Origin: Nostoc sp. PCC 7120 = FACHB-418
Lineage (GTDB): Bacteria > Cyanobacteriota > Cyanobacteriia > Cyanobacteriales > Nostocaceae
Reading direction: 5' to 3'
NCBI RefSeq assembly: GCF_000009705.1
Contig: NC_003272.1
Location: 4,710,001-4,742,000, forward strand
DNA: 32,000 nt
A program made the translations under genes and the position numbers. The notes under the pieces were generated by a model, which was not told where the DNA came from, did not search any database, and saw nothing but the letters and a program-made list of their open reading frames with translations. Shown one piece after another: positions 19,869 through 28,236 of this stretch; positions within the stretch are counted from its first letter, which is position 1; every line of letters begins with the position of its first letter.

Positions 19869-19993
19869 GCAGGGAGCAGGGAGCAGGGAGCAGGGGGAGA
19901 AATTACTTCAGGATTTTCGCCCAGTCCCCAGTCCCCAATCCCTAACTGACTTAAAGATTTTCGCCCAGTCCCCAATCCCCAGTCCCTAACTGA
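19867..19993. repeat. STRR array: (GAGCAGG)x4, then two 38-bp direct repeats built of STRR1 CCCCAGT/CCCCAAT heptamers
   Basis: GAGCAGG x4 at 19867-19894. GATTTTCGCCCAGTCCCCAGTCCCCAATCCCTAACTGA at 19912-19949 is repeated at 19956-19993, with the two heptamers swapped. It fills the convergent glmU / peptidase spacer. Confidence 0.7.
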
Positions 19994-20942
19994 TACTACC
20001 CACCTGCGTACCAACCGCAAGTTCTAATGTATCGCCAATCTTTTCGCCATCATGGAAGGCGGCGAGGATGATGTCACAAGTTTTACCCCAGGCGATCGCA
20101 CCATTGGCATCTAAGGCGATCGCTCCGAAATCTCTTTTGTTGTCGTGTGCTTCGGCAAAGGATCGCTGCATAGAGTCTTGGAGGGACAATCCATCTGTGA
20201 CACGAATGACAATCTTGGGGGCTAGGCACTCATCAATAATGTCTTCACCGATGCCAGTACAACTGACTGCGGCATAACTAGTAGCATAATTACCTGCTGG
20301 CATAGCAGAATCACTGACGCGCCCAATGCGCTCAAAGCCTTTGCCACCTGTAGAAGTACCTACTGCTAATTTACCATAGGTATCTAAAGCTACTACACCG
20401 ATTGTACCGCGCCCAGCATTACTAGTTTCCAATAGTTCTGGTTCGGCTATTACCCCAGCCATTGTTCTTTTAAAATTATCTTGCCGTTCTTGTATCCATT
20501 CTTGTAATCGCAGCTCAGTTAAAGCATTGTAACTAGGGATTTGCATTTCCCTGGCTAATTCAGCCGAACCATAATCTGACAGCACTCTGTCTGGAGAATT
20601 TTGTAAAAATTGTGCTAACTCAATCGGATTTTTTACCCGTGAAACATTTATTACACCACTAAAGCGTCCTAATGCACCATCCATGATGGAAGCACTCATG
20701 CGGATTTGCCCATCAGATTGCAGCACCGAACCAGTACCAGCATTGAAGCGGGGTTCATCTTCCAACAGTTGACAACCGCGTACCACTGCCACAGAAGCAT
20801 TCACTCCTGACAATAATAGAGCGTAGACTTCCTCTACTACTGCATGAAGCGTTTGGCGCACTGCTTCTAATCCACCTTTGCCGTGGAGAGAACTACCTGC
20901 TCCCCCATGAATAATTAATTTTGGTTGCACCTGTGACTTCAT
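19986..20942 (-). CDS. isoaspartyl peptidase / plant-type L-asparaginase (Ntn hydrolase)
   Basis: IIHGGAG N-terminus, the autoprocessing/nucleophile site GRGTIGVVALD, and C-terminal GAIALD...G. 318 aa. In heterocystous cyanobacteria this family hydrolyses beta-Asp-Arg released from cyanophycin. Confidence 0.9.
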   Translation of the reverse strand: MKSQVQPKLIIHGGAGSSLHGKGGLEAVRQTLHAVVEEVYALLLSGVNASVAVVRGCQLLEDEPRFNAGTGSVLQSDGQIRMSASIMDGALGRFSGVINVSRVKNPIELAQFLQNSPDRVLSDYGSAELAREMQIPSYNALTELRLQEWIQERQDNFKRTMAGVIAEPELLETSNAGRGTIGVVALDTYGKLAVGTSTGGKGFERIGRVSDSAMPAGNYATSYAAVSCTGIGEDIIDECLAPKIVIRVTDGLSLQDSMQRSFAEAHDNKRDFGAIALDANGAIAWGKTCDIILAAFHDGEKIGDTLELAVGTQVGSIS

Positions 20943-20985
20943 TTATACCCTGTGCTATTTGCGTTTTAGTTTGAATATTGGGTGT

Positions 20986-21008
20986 GTCAGTTAACTGTCA
21001 ACTGATTC
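20986..21008. repeat. short STRR-like heptamer run
   Basis: CAGTTAA CTGTCAA CTGATTC, between the peptidase start and the DUF2256 stop. Confidence 0.35.
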
Positions 21009-21168
21009 AATCCCCGGTTTTAGCCTCAGAACGGCGACGGCGACAACGTTCTGAGCAATATTTCACCTCGTCCCAGCAATCTTCCCATTTTTTCCGCCAT
21101 GTAAAGGGACGTTGACATACCGGACAAATTTTTGTAGGCAGGTCAGATTTAGAACGAGTACGTGCCAT
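21007..21168 (-). CDS. DUF2256-type small zinc-ribbon protein (53 aa; not in the supplied ORF track)
   Basis: My own translation of the minus strand gives [53 protein letters not shown]. The CPVC...YCSERC arrangement and basic tail match my recollection of the DUF2256 family. Confidence 0.7.
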   Translation of the reverse strand: MARTRSKSDLPTKICPVCQRPFTWRKKWEDCWDEVKYCSERCRRRRSEAKTGD

Positions 21169-21429
21169 ATAAATACCGTACTGACTAGTGTTAGATTTCC
21201 AAAAGTGGTGGAAGATAATTATACATAGATTGCTACAAAGAGAGGATACACTTGGTGAACAATTGTGTTGTGTGTCCTCCTATAGACTGGTTTTGGGACG
21301 TTAGTTCAACAAGATATTAACATAGGCTGTTTATTTAATAGTTGATGCTATTTTTGCATTGCTCTATAGATAGATTTGATGATTATGGTCAGATAATCGA
21401 CTTCTTCAAGAAGTCAGGTATCCAGTAAC

Positions 21430-23979
21430 TCATTTGGGCATTAACTGCAATTTTGCCGACGTGTTAGCTGTTACCGTCTGCTGTTGCCAAAGCATTGGAT
21501 GATATTCAAGTTTGCGCCAGGACTCAATCATGTCGTCATAGTGTTGATGGAAGGCATGACCTGACTGTCCAGGGGCGTGAATAGCTACTGAGTCATCGAG
21601 ATTTGCTAAATCTACAATTATCCGCAGTGAAGGAATATCTGTGACTTCAAAGGATTGATTTGCTCGCCAACGGTTGGCATTGACGGTTTCTCCGTTACCC
21701 GACGTAGTAAAGGCACCACGGTTAAATAAAGCTTCGATTGGTGCAACTCCAGACTTACCCAAGGTGGCGTTACGAAAAGTGATGGTGTGCAGCTTTCCCC
21801 AATTCCAAGATTGAGGATTTTTACCTTGGAGGCGTTCTAGTTCGTCTACAGCTTTTGTAAAGGCTTGACGAAATATTTGGTCACGGTTCTCTACTTGACT
21901 AGTTTGGCGATTATCCCACCAATTACTGTTAGGTTGTTGGATAATATTCTCGATGACAGCATACCAGCGATCGCCTCCATCAGGAAAGTATTCTTTTGGT
22001 AGTTGTTCGTGGAATGTATCTGCTAACAAATGTTTCCAGAATACTTCAAATAAAGCAGCAGCAGATGATTGAGTTACTAGCTGTAAGTTCCAATTTTGAA
22101 ATAATTTTTGTGCTGTTTGCAACCGGGAATCATTAAATGATATTTGTTGTAGTATCGGCACAATATTCTGTGCATTTAAATTGAAATTATCACCTTGTAT
22201 CTGTTGTACATCTGGCAGCGAAATCTGTTTATCTTGCTGGGCAATCATATCTACAATCCGCTTTGCTCGGTAGCCATAAACCCAGTCTGTAGTTATTACA
22301 TAAGGATATTGATTGGCGACTAAATTATTTGCAGTGACAATATAACCTGATGATGGATTGAAGCTTTGAGGTAACTTTTCAAAATCAATATAGCCTTGCC
22401 ATTCATATTCATCTGTCCAACCAGGAACAGGATAACGTCCATTTCCCTTATTCCGAATAGGAAATTTTCCTGGCATTTGATAACCAATATTTCCTTCAAT
22501 ATCAGCGTAAACTAAATTTTGAGCAGCGATATCAAATTTATTAGCAGCAGTGCGGAAATCTTGCCAATTTTGGGCGCGATTTATTTGGGTAATTGCAGAT
22601 GCTAAGTTTGATGGTTCTAAAGCTGTCCACCGCAAAGCCACAGCATAATTTTGTGGTAAGTTGACAGTTGATTTTTGATTAAACTGTTTTAAATTCGGTG
22701 AAACATCCGAAAGAATCGGCCCGTGTCTGGTGTAACGAACTGTCTGCACAATAGACTCTTTCCCAGCAACTTTGATTGTCTCTGGCAAAACCTGCATATC
22801 TACCCATTTGCCATTGACTTCATATTGGTTGGGGTTGTTGGGATTAATTTTTTCAATGTATAAATCCATAACATCGCCTTGAGTATTTGTCACACCCCAA
22901 GCGATGCGATCGCTATGTCCCACAATCACGCCCAGCATACCAGGAAAAGAAAACCCGCTCACGTTGTAGGGGCAATCATCCGTTTGTTTTATGCAGTGTA
23001 GTGCTACCTCGTACCAAATAGAAGGCATTTGTACTGCTAGATGGGGATCATTTGCCAATATCGGCTTACCTGTAGCTGTGCGTTCACCAGATATTACCCA
23101 GTTATTCGAGCCAATTCCTACTCCTGTATGGCCGATGAGTTTTTCTAACGCCACCATCGGTTTTTTGATTGATTCTAAGACAGGAGCAATTTCACCAACT
23201 TCTTTGATGACAGTTGTAATTAGTTGTTTCTCCGGCAAAGCCTGAGCTTGTAAATCAGGCAAAATTACTGGCAAATTTGCGGGATAAGGCGGAAAAAGTT
23301 CTTCTACCTGAGCAGGGGTGAGAGTTTTCAGCAAAATTGTCCGTTCAATTTCGCTTTGAAAATTTCGCCCCAAGTCGTAAGCCATCACCTTACCCCAAGT
23401 CAGGGAGTGCAAGATTTGCCAGGGTTCGGGTTTGTAACCAGGATTGAGTAATTGCAATACGGCATATTCTAAACTCAGGGCGCTACCTTGATGCTCTTGG
23501 ATATAGGCATTGACACCATCAGCGTAGGCTTGCAAATCAGCCTTCATTACTGCATCCATCTGCTGGATTTCTTGCTGCGCTACCCTTCCCCAGCCCATCG
23601 TGCGTAGATATTTATCAGTTTCCACCTGGGAAGCACCAAACATTTCTGCCAGTCGCCCAGACCCGATGTGCCGCCAAAAGTCCATTTGCCAAAAGCGGTC
23701 TTGAGCATGAATATAGCCCTGAGCCATGAATAAATCATGGGAATTGCTGGCGTAGATGTGGGGGATTCCCCATTGGTCGCGTTTGATGGTAACTTCAGAT
23801 TTGATTGAGGATAAAGCGATCGCTCCATTTTCTACAGGGAAAGAACGCCGTACAGTATAGAATAAAAATCCCAACAATAATATACATAGCACCACTAGCA
23901 TAATTACGGTAATCTTTATTCCCTGATACAAACTATTTTTTCTGAAACTTTTCATATTTGGGTGCTGTGCCATCGTCAA
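21430..23979 (-). CDS. aiiC: penicillin-acylase-family Ntn hydrolase, AiiC/QuiP-like N-acyl-homoserine-lactone acylase
   Basis: 849 aa with an N-terminal TM/signal anchor. It has the family blocks DRFWQMDF and a beta-subunit nucleophile site G-SNNWVISG. The size and the neighbours (isoaspartyl peptidase, DUF2256) match my recollection of Anabaena PCC 7120 all3924 (AiiC). The symbol is given on that basis only. Confidence 0.8.
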   Translation of the reverse strand: MTMAQHPNMKSFRKNSLYQGIKITVIMLVVLCILLLGFLFYTVRRSFPVENGAIALSSIKSEVTIKRDQWGIPHIYASNSHDLFMAQGYIHAQDRFWQMDFWRHIGSGRLAEMFGASQVETDKYLRTMGWGRVAQQEIQQMDAVMKADLQAYADGVNAYIQEHQGSALSLEYAVLQLLNPGYKPEPWQILHSLTWGKVMAYDLGRNFQSEIERTILLKTLTPAQVEELFPPYPANLPVILPDLQAQALPEKQLITTVIKEVGEIAPVLESIKKPMVALEKLIGHTGVGIGSNNWVISGERTATGKPILANDPHLAVQMPSIWYEVALHCIKQTDDCPYNVSGFSFPGMLGVIVGHSDRIAWGVTNTQGDVMDLYIEKINPNNPNQYEVNGKWVDMQVLPETIKVAGKESIVQTVRYTRHGPILSDVSPNLKQFNQKSTVNLPQNYAVALRWTALEPSNLASAITQINRAQNWQDFRTAANKFDIAAQNLVYADIEGNIGYQMPGKFPIRNKGNGRYPVPGWTDEYEWQGYIDFEKLPQSFNPSSGYIVTANNLVANQYPYVITTDWVYGYRAKRIVDMIAQQDKQISLPDVQQIQGDNFNLNAQNIVPILQQISFNDSRLQTAQKLFQNWNLQLVTQSSAAALFEVFWKHLLADTFHEQLPKEYFPDGGDRWYAVIENIIQQPNSNWWDNRQTSQVENRDQIFRQAFTKAVDELERLQGKNPQSWNWGKLHTITFRNATLGKSGVAPIEALFNRGAFTTSGNGETVNANRWRANQSFEVTDIPSLRIIVDLANLDDSVAIHAPGQSGHAFHQHYDDMIESWRKLEYHPMLWQQQTVTANTSAKLQLMPK

Positions 23980-24457
23980 TCAAATCACTGGGACATTATA
24001 CAGCTTGCCGTCTCATCTCTCGTAAAATGTCTTACGTGAATTTTTGTTTTGTACTTAGGTATAAATAATTTTGTCAAGTAAATTCACCAGAGTTTTATTT
24101 ATTGACATAAGTATGAATATTGATTTTTTTGTATTAAAGAATAAATTCTTTGAGTAACCCATCTATATCTACTATTTTTGGAAAACTTTTAATTGACAAA
24201 GCTTATAAGTCTATGCTATTTGAACTTAACTAGAGAAATTACTGAATTATAAAATTTAATAGAATTAAATATTACAATACAAACTTATTACTTGAGCAAT
24301 GGGATCTGACAAAATCAACCACTGTCACCTATACCGATGTATTTCACAAGACTGTGTAATAAAAATATCTAGTATTGATCATATTTTCTTCCATAACAAA
24401 CTAGTCAAGGCGTGCTAAGTTTTAAATTCATTCCTAATTCCGTTCGCGGTTTGCCTC

Positions 24458-27400
24458 ATGCGTCTGCTAGATTTACACCCACAACACCTGGAAGAATTAG
24501 TCAAGGGTAGTGGTATAGAATTACACTTGTCACAGCTTAACTTTAGATCCCTCCAAGGCGTAAGCGCCTATGAGCATCTATTAATTTCCGAACACCTACC
24601 CCGTACCAACACGGGAATGGTGAAAAGTGGCTGGTTGCAGCGTTATAGTCATGTTACGGCTGGAGGTTGGTGGTGTTCTGGGTTAGATCCTCTCAACAAT
24701 TGGCAAGGTATGGAATGGGGGTGCTTTAAGCCAAATCAACCGCGCACGAATCAAAATGGCAAGTCTATTAAATATGAACATCCCCCCAGCACAGCAACAC
24801 GGATATTCTGTCTACGAGTGACATTAGAGATATGGCGACAAGTCTCAGGGCGTTACAATTTTCCTATCCCTGGAGATATCACAATTAATTCCCAAGGTGA
24901 AGCGGAAGGCTTTTGGCAATGGGTGATGGAACGCAACATACCAGTCATCATTTGCGAGGGAGCCAAGAAAGCTGCAACATTATTATCTCAGGGATATGTG
25001 GCGATCGCTATTCCGGGGATTACCAGTGGTTATAGAGTTGTTAAAGATAAATTTGGTAAAGTCACTAGTCGCCAGCTAATCCCTGATTTAGCTGCATTTA
25101 CAACCATAAAGCGTACTTTTTATATCTGCTTTGATTATGAAACTCAACAGAGAAAAATAGCAGCTGTTAGTAACGCTATTTCCCAGCTTGGTTGTTTATT
25201 CCAAGCAAAAAAATGTCCTGTAAAAGTTATCGAACTTCCAGGTTTAGAAAAGGGTGTAGATGAGTTAATTGTTGCTAAAGGCGCAAGTGTTTTTGAAAAA
25301 GTTTATCGTCAAAGTGTGGATTTAGAAATTTATCTCGCTCAAATCAAACCCCACAGCGAATTAACGATTCCAGCAGCCATCACAGTAAATCGCCCATATT
25401 TAGAAGAAATCCCCTTCCCTAACTCTGGATTAGTTGGTGTCAAATCAGCGAAAGGTACAGGAAAAACGACATCGTTACAAGCGGTCGTCCAGCAAGCTAA
25501 AAGTATAAATAGACCTGTATTATTAATTACTCATAGAATTCAGTTAGGGCGTTTCCTTTGTGAAAAAATTGGTATTCAATGGGGTCTTATTAATCATGCA
25601 GAAGGTTTAACAAAAAATAGGGATTGGCTAAGAAAAATAGAGCCACAATCTGTAGGATTATGCGTTGACTCTATCTGGAAATTACGCCCAGAAGAGTGGC
25701 AAGGGGCAATTATTATTTTAGACGAAGTTGAGCAGTCTTTGTGGCATCTCCTCAACAGTAATACTTGTAAACATAAACGCGTCAGAATTTTAAAATTATT
25801 TCAACAATTAATTTCTCTAGTTTTATCGACAGGTGGCTTAGTAATTGCCCAAGATGCTGATTTATCGGATGTATCTTTAGAATATTTACAAGGTTTATCA
25901 GGCTGTAAAATCATACCTTGGGTATTAGTAAATCAATGGAAGCCACAACGAGGATGGGAAGTAACCTTTTATGATTCTCCTAACCCTATACCCTTAATTC
26001 AGCAGTTGGAATTAGATTTACTTGCAGGACGTAAATGTTACGTAACTACTGATAGCCGTGCTGGACGTTATAGCTGCGAAACTATTGAACGTTATCTCAA
26101 GGAACGTTTAGAAAAATTGCGATATGAGTTTCCCAAAACCCTAGTAGTGAATAGCCACACAACTAATACTCCCGGTCATGCGGCTGTCGATTTTGTTGCA
26201 GCTATTAACGAAAAAATTACTGAATATAGTAATGTGTTTGTAACTCCTAGTTTGGGAACCGGTATTAGTATTGATGTGCAGCATTTTGACCGCGTATATG
26301 GCATTTTCCAAGGCGTAATTCCTGATTCAGAAGCACGACAAGCATTAGCTAGAGTTAGGGATAATGTGCCAAGAATTGTCTGGTGTGCTAAACGGGGAAT
26401 TGGTTTAATTGGTAGTGGTAGTACAAATTATCGTTTACTATCTGATTGGTATCAGGAAAATCAAAAAGAAAATTTAGCTTTGCTTAGTCCATTACATAAA
26501 ATAGATGTAGACTTACCCTTAGTTTATGACCCTATTCATTTACGAACATGGGCTAAATTGTCGGCAAGGGTTAATTCTTCTATTCGTCTCTATCGCCAAT
26601 CGATGGAAGAGGGATTAACTACAGATGGGCATCAAATTCGCTTGCGGAGTAATGCAGTTCACAATAATATTATCCGAGATTTACGCTTGGCATTCCTCGC
26701 AACTGAGCCAGGTGATTTAAGAGAACGTCAAAGATTAGTTTTAGAAATTGTCAAAGTCCAGAAGGATTGGGTAGAGAAAAGGCAAAAGGGTAAAGAAATT
26801 AAGCGTCAGATTAAGAAAATTAAGCAGCAAAATCAAATAACCGCAGCCACTAATGTAGCCAATGCTAAAGATATTGATTATTTAGAATACGAACATCTTT
26901 CAGGCAAGCATTCTCTAACTGATGAAGAACGCCATCAAATTCAAAAATATAATCTCCACCAAAGATACGGTATCTTAGTCACTCCTTCGCTCAAGTTAAG
27001 AGATGACCAAGGATATTACACTCAACTGTTAATTCATTACTACCTGACCCATGAAAGTGAGTACTTTCAAATCAGAGACCAAAAAGAATGGCATCAACAA
27101 TTATCCTGGGGTAATGGTAAAGTTTTTCTGCCAGATTTAAAAACGTATACTTTAGAAGTTGAGGCAATGAGAGCCTTAGGAATGCCACAATTTATTGACA
27201 TAGAACGAGAATTTACTGAAAATGCCTCTGACTTAATCTGGTTGAAAGATGTGGTCTTTCAACATAGTAGGCATATTAAAAGAGTTTTGGGTCTTGACTT
27301 TATTAGATGCCAAGAAAAAATTACAGCAATCAAGGTTCTTAGCCGGTTACTCAATTTGTTGGGATTGAGATTGAAAAGAGTTAACAATATTTATCAAATT

Positions 27401-27580
27401 GATTTAGAGACATTTAACGATGAGAGGCAAAACATATTTTCAGTTTGGCAACAACGAGATGAGGTCATATTAACTCAAATCAATAATATGAGACGCGAAA
27501 AATATAATTTACTCTCAAACCAAAATCCACAAGCGAAAAATACAAATTCGGTCATCTCTACTATGGTTTCCCTATTTTAG
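24458..27580 (+). CDS. CyRepA1/Slr7037-like plasmid replication protein (DUF3854 Toprim-like domain + P-loop NTPase/helicase-like domain)
   Basis: Toprim-like region VIICEGAKKAATLLSQGYVAIAIPGITSG...FYICFDYE. Walker A GVKSAKGTGKTT and Walker B IIILDEVEQ, followed by a long basic/helical C-terminal region. The architecture matches the primase-helicase Rep of Synechocystis pSYSA (Slr7037 / CyRepA1). Confidence 0.7.
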   Translation: MRLLDLHPQHLEELVKGSGIELHLSQLNFRSLQGVSAYEHLLISEHLPRTNTGMVKSGWLQRYSHVTAGGWWCSGLDPLNNWQGMEWGCFKPNQPRTNQNGKSIKYEHPPSTATRIFCLRVTLEIWRQVSGRYNFPIPGDITINSQGEAEGFWQWVMERNIPVIICEGAKKAATLLSQGYVAIAIPGITSGYRVVKDKFGKVTSRQLIPDLAAFTTIKRTFYICFDYETQQRKIAAVSNAISQLGCLFQAKKCPVKVIELPGLEKGVDELIVAKGASVFEKVYRQSVDLEIYLAQIKPHSELTIPAAITVNRPYLEEIPFPNSGLVGVKSAKGTGKTTSLQAVVQQAKSINRPVLLITHRIQLGRFLCEKIGIQWGLINHAEGLTKNRDWLRKIEPQSVGLCVDSIWKLRPEEWQGAIIILDEVEQSLWHLLNSNTCKHKRVRILKLFQQLISLVLSTGGLVIAQDADLSDVSLEYLQGLSGCKIIPWVLVNQWKPQRGWEVTFYDSPNPIPLIQQLELDLLAGRKCYVTTDSRAGRYSCETIERYLKERLEKLRYEFPKTLVVNSHTTNTPGHAAVDFVAAINEKITEYSNVFVTPSLGTGISIDVQHFDRVYGIFQGVIPDSEARQALARVRDNVPRIVWCAKRGIGLIGSGSTNYRLLSDWYQENQKENLALLSPLHKIDVDLPLVYDPIHLRTWAKLSARVNSSIRLYRQSMEEGLTTDGHQIRLRSNAVHNNIIRDLRLAFLATEPGDLRERQRLVLEIVKVQKDWVEKRQKGKEIKRQIKKIKQQNQITAATNVANAKDIDYLEYEHLSGKHSLTDEERHQIQKYNLHQRYGILVTPSLKLRDDQGYYTQLLIHYYLTHESEYFQIRDQKEWHQQLSWGNGKVFLPDLKTYTLEVEAMRALGMPQFIDIEREFTENASDLIWLKDVVFQHSRHIKRVLGLDFIRCQEKITAIKVLSRLLNLLGLRLKRVNNIYQIDLETFNDERQNIFSVWQQRDEVILTQINNMRREKYNLLSNQNPQAKNTNSVISTMVSLF

Positions 27581-27830
27581 AGACCATTTATAAAATAAAC
27601 CTTTAGACGACGCAGCATAATACAACTCACAACAGCATCACTTATTTCAGAGAGATGCTCATAATCCTTGCTGAGAAAACGGTCAAAGCTAGCAGGTAAT
27701 GTCTCAGAGCGCGATCGCTTTAGCCAAAAACACTCCGCGACAAGCAGACTAGCGAGATAATGGAGTCAATGGGTAAATTTGTATCGCCTGGTAAAGGCTT
27801 CAAGCGTATGCTTTGCAACACAGAGAATTT
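27577..27830 (-). pseudogene. decayed C-terminal remnant of an IS5-family DDE transposase
   Basis: Minus-strand translation gives ...RRYKFTH*LHYLASLLVAECFWLKRSRSETLPASFDRFLSKDYEHLSEISDAVVSCIMLRRLKVYFINGL*. The LSKDYE.L.E.S.A......ML+RL block is the conserved IS5-group transposase C-terminus. There is an in-frame stop and an indel relative to the consensus ERTFAWLNRFRRLSKDYE. Weaker transposase-like peptides continue to ~28020. Confidence 0.5.
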
Positions 27831-28080
27831 ACCAACTGAGGCGATCATGTAGTCAGAGTATTGAGGAAAGGCAAGGGACGCTCTTAATAATATTTCGGTA
27901 TTTTAGCCTGGGTATACATTACTTGATTGCTTGTCCCAGAACTTACATACAAAGGTTGTTGAAGACGGACTTACTATGGCAGTATTCTTTTTCGACGGTA
28001 TTTACTTTGAGGTGAAAGCTGTGCCGAAAAAGCTTTATACTTTTTCCATCTTTCTTTTTTATTAAGTTCCGTTAGTAAGT

Positions 28081-28236
28081 ATGTATGGCATCGATCCCGT
28101 GCTTATACGGTGGTTTTTATTTGTATTAGTAATTATTTTATTTGTGATCACAGTTTTTTACTGTCTGGTTGCTTCTTCAGGGTTTTTCGGTTCAGGTGCA
28201 ACATCTACCTTTCATAAAGTAAAATATGCTGTTTGA
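28081..28236 (+). CDS. 51-aa single-pass membrane protein (not in the supplied ORF track), overlapping the downstream 442-aa ORF
   Basis: My own translation gives MYGIDPVLIRWFLFVLVIILFVITVFYCLVASSGFFGSGATSTFHKVKYAV*. It has one strong TM helix. Its TGA stop (28234-28236) lies 11 nt inside the next ORF, whose ATG is at 28226 (sequence tATGCTGTTTGA), an arrangement typical of translational coupling. Confidence 0.45.
   Translation: MYGIDPVLIRWFLFVLVIILFVITVFYCLVASSGFFGSGATSTFHKVKYAV

Noticed and set aside
19867-19993. Possible CRISPR-like array, because of the two 38-bp direct repeats
   Set aside because: There are only two copies, separated by 6 bp, so no spacers exist. The repeats are built of STRR1 heptamers and no cas genes are nearby.
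19823-20020. 65-aa minus-strand ORF (…DWGLGTGRKSLSQLGIGDWGLGENPEV…)
   Set aside because: It is a translation of the STRR heptamer array in the glmU/peptidase spacer. Its periodic sequence reflects the DNA repeat, not a protein.
21399-21415. Perfect palindrome GACTTCTT-c-AAGAAGTC just 3' of the acylase gene, considered as a terminator
   Set aside because: A one-nucleotide loop is sterically impossible, so the effective stem is short, and no U-tract follows on the minus strand. It may be a protein-binding palindrome or a dispersed repeat, but I cannot support a call.
27779-28015. 78-aa plus-strand ORF between the Rep-like gene and the small TM ORF
   Set aside because: It lies antisense to or within the decayed IS5 transposase remnant. 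I saw no RBS and no recognisable motif, and its composition is typical of a chance ORF in degraded DNA.
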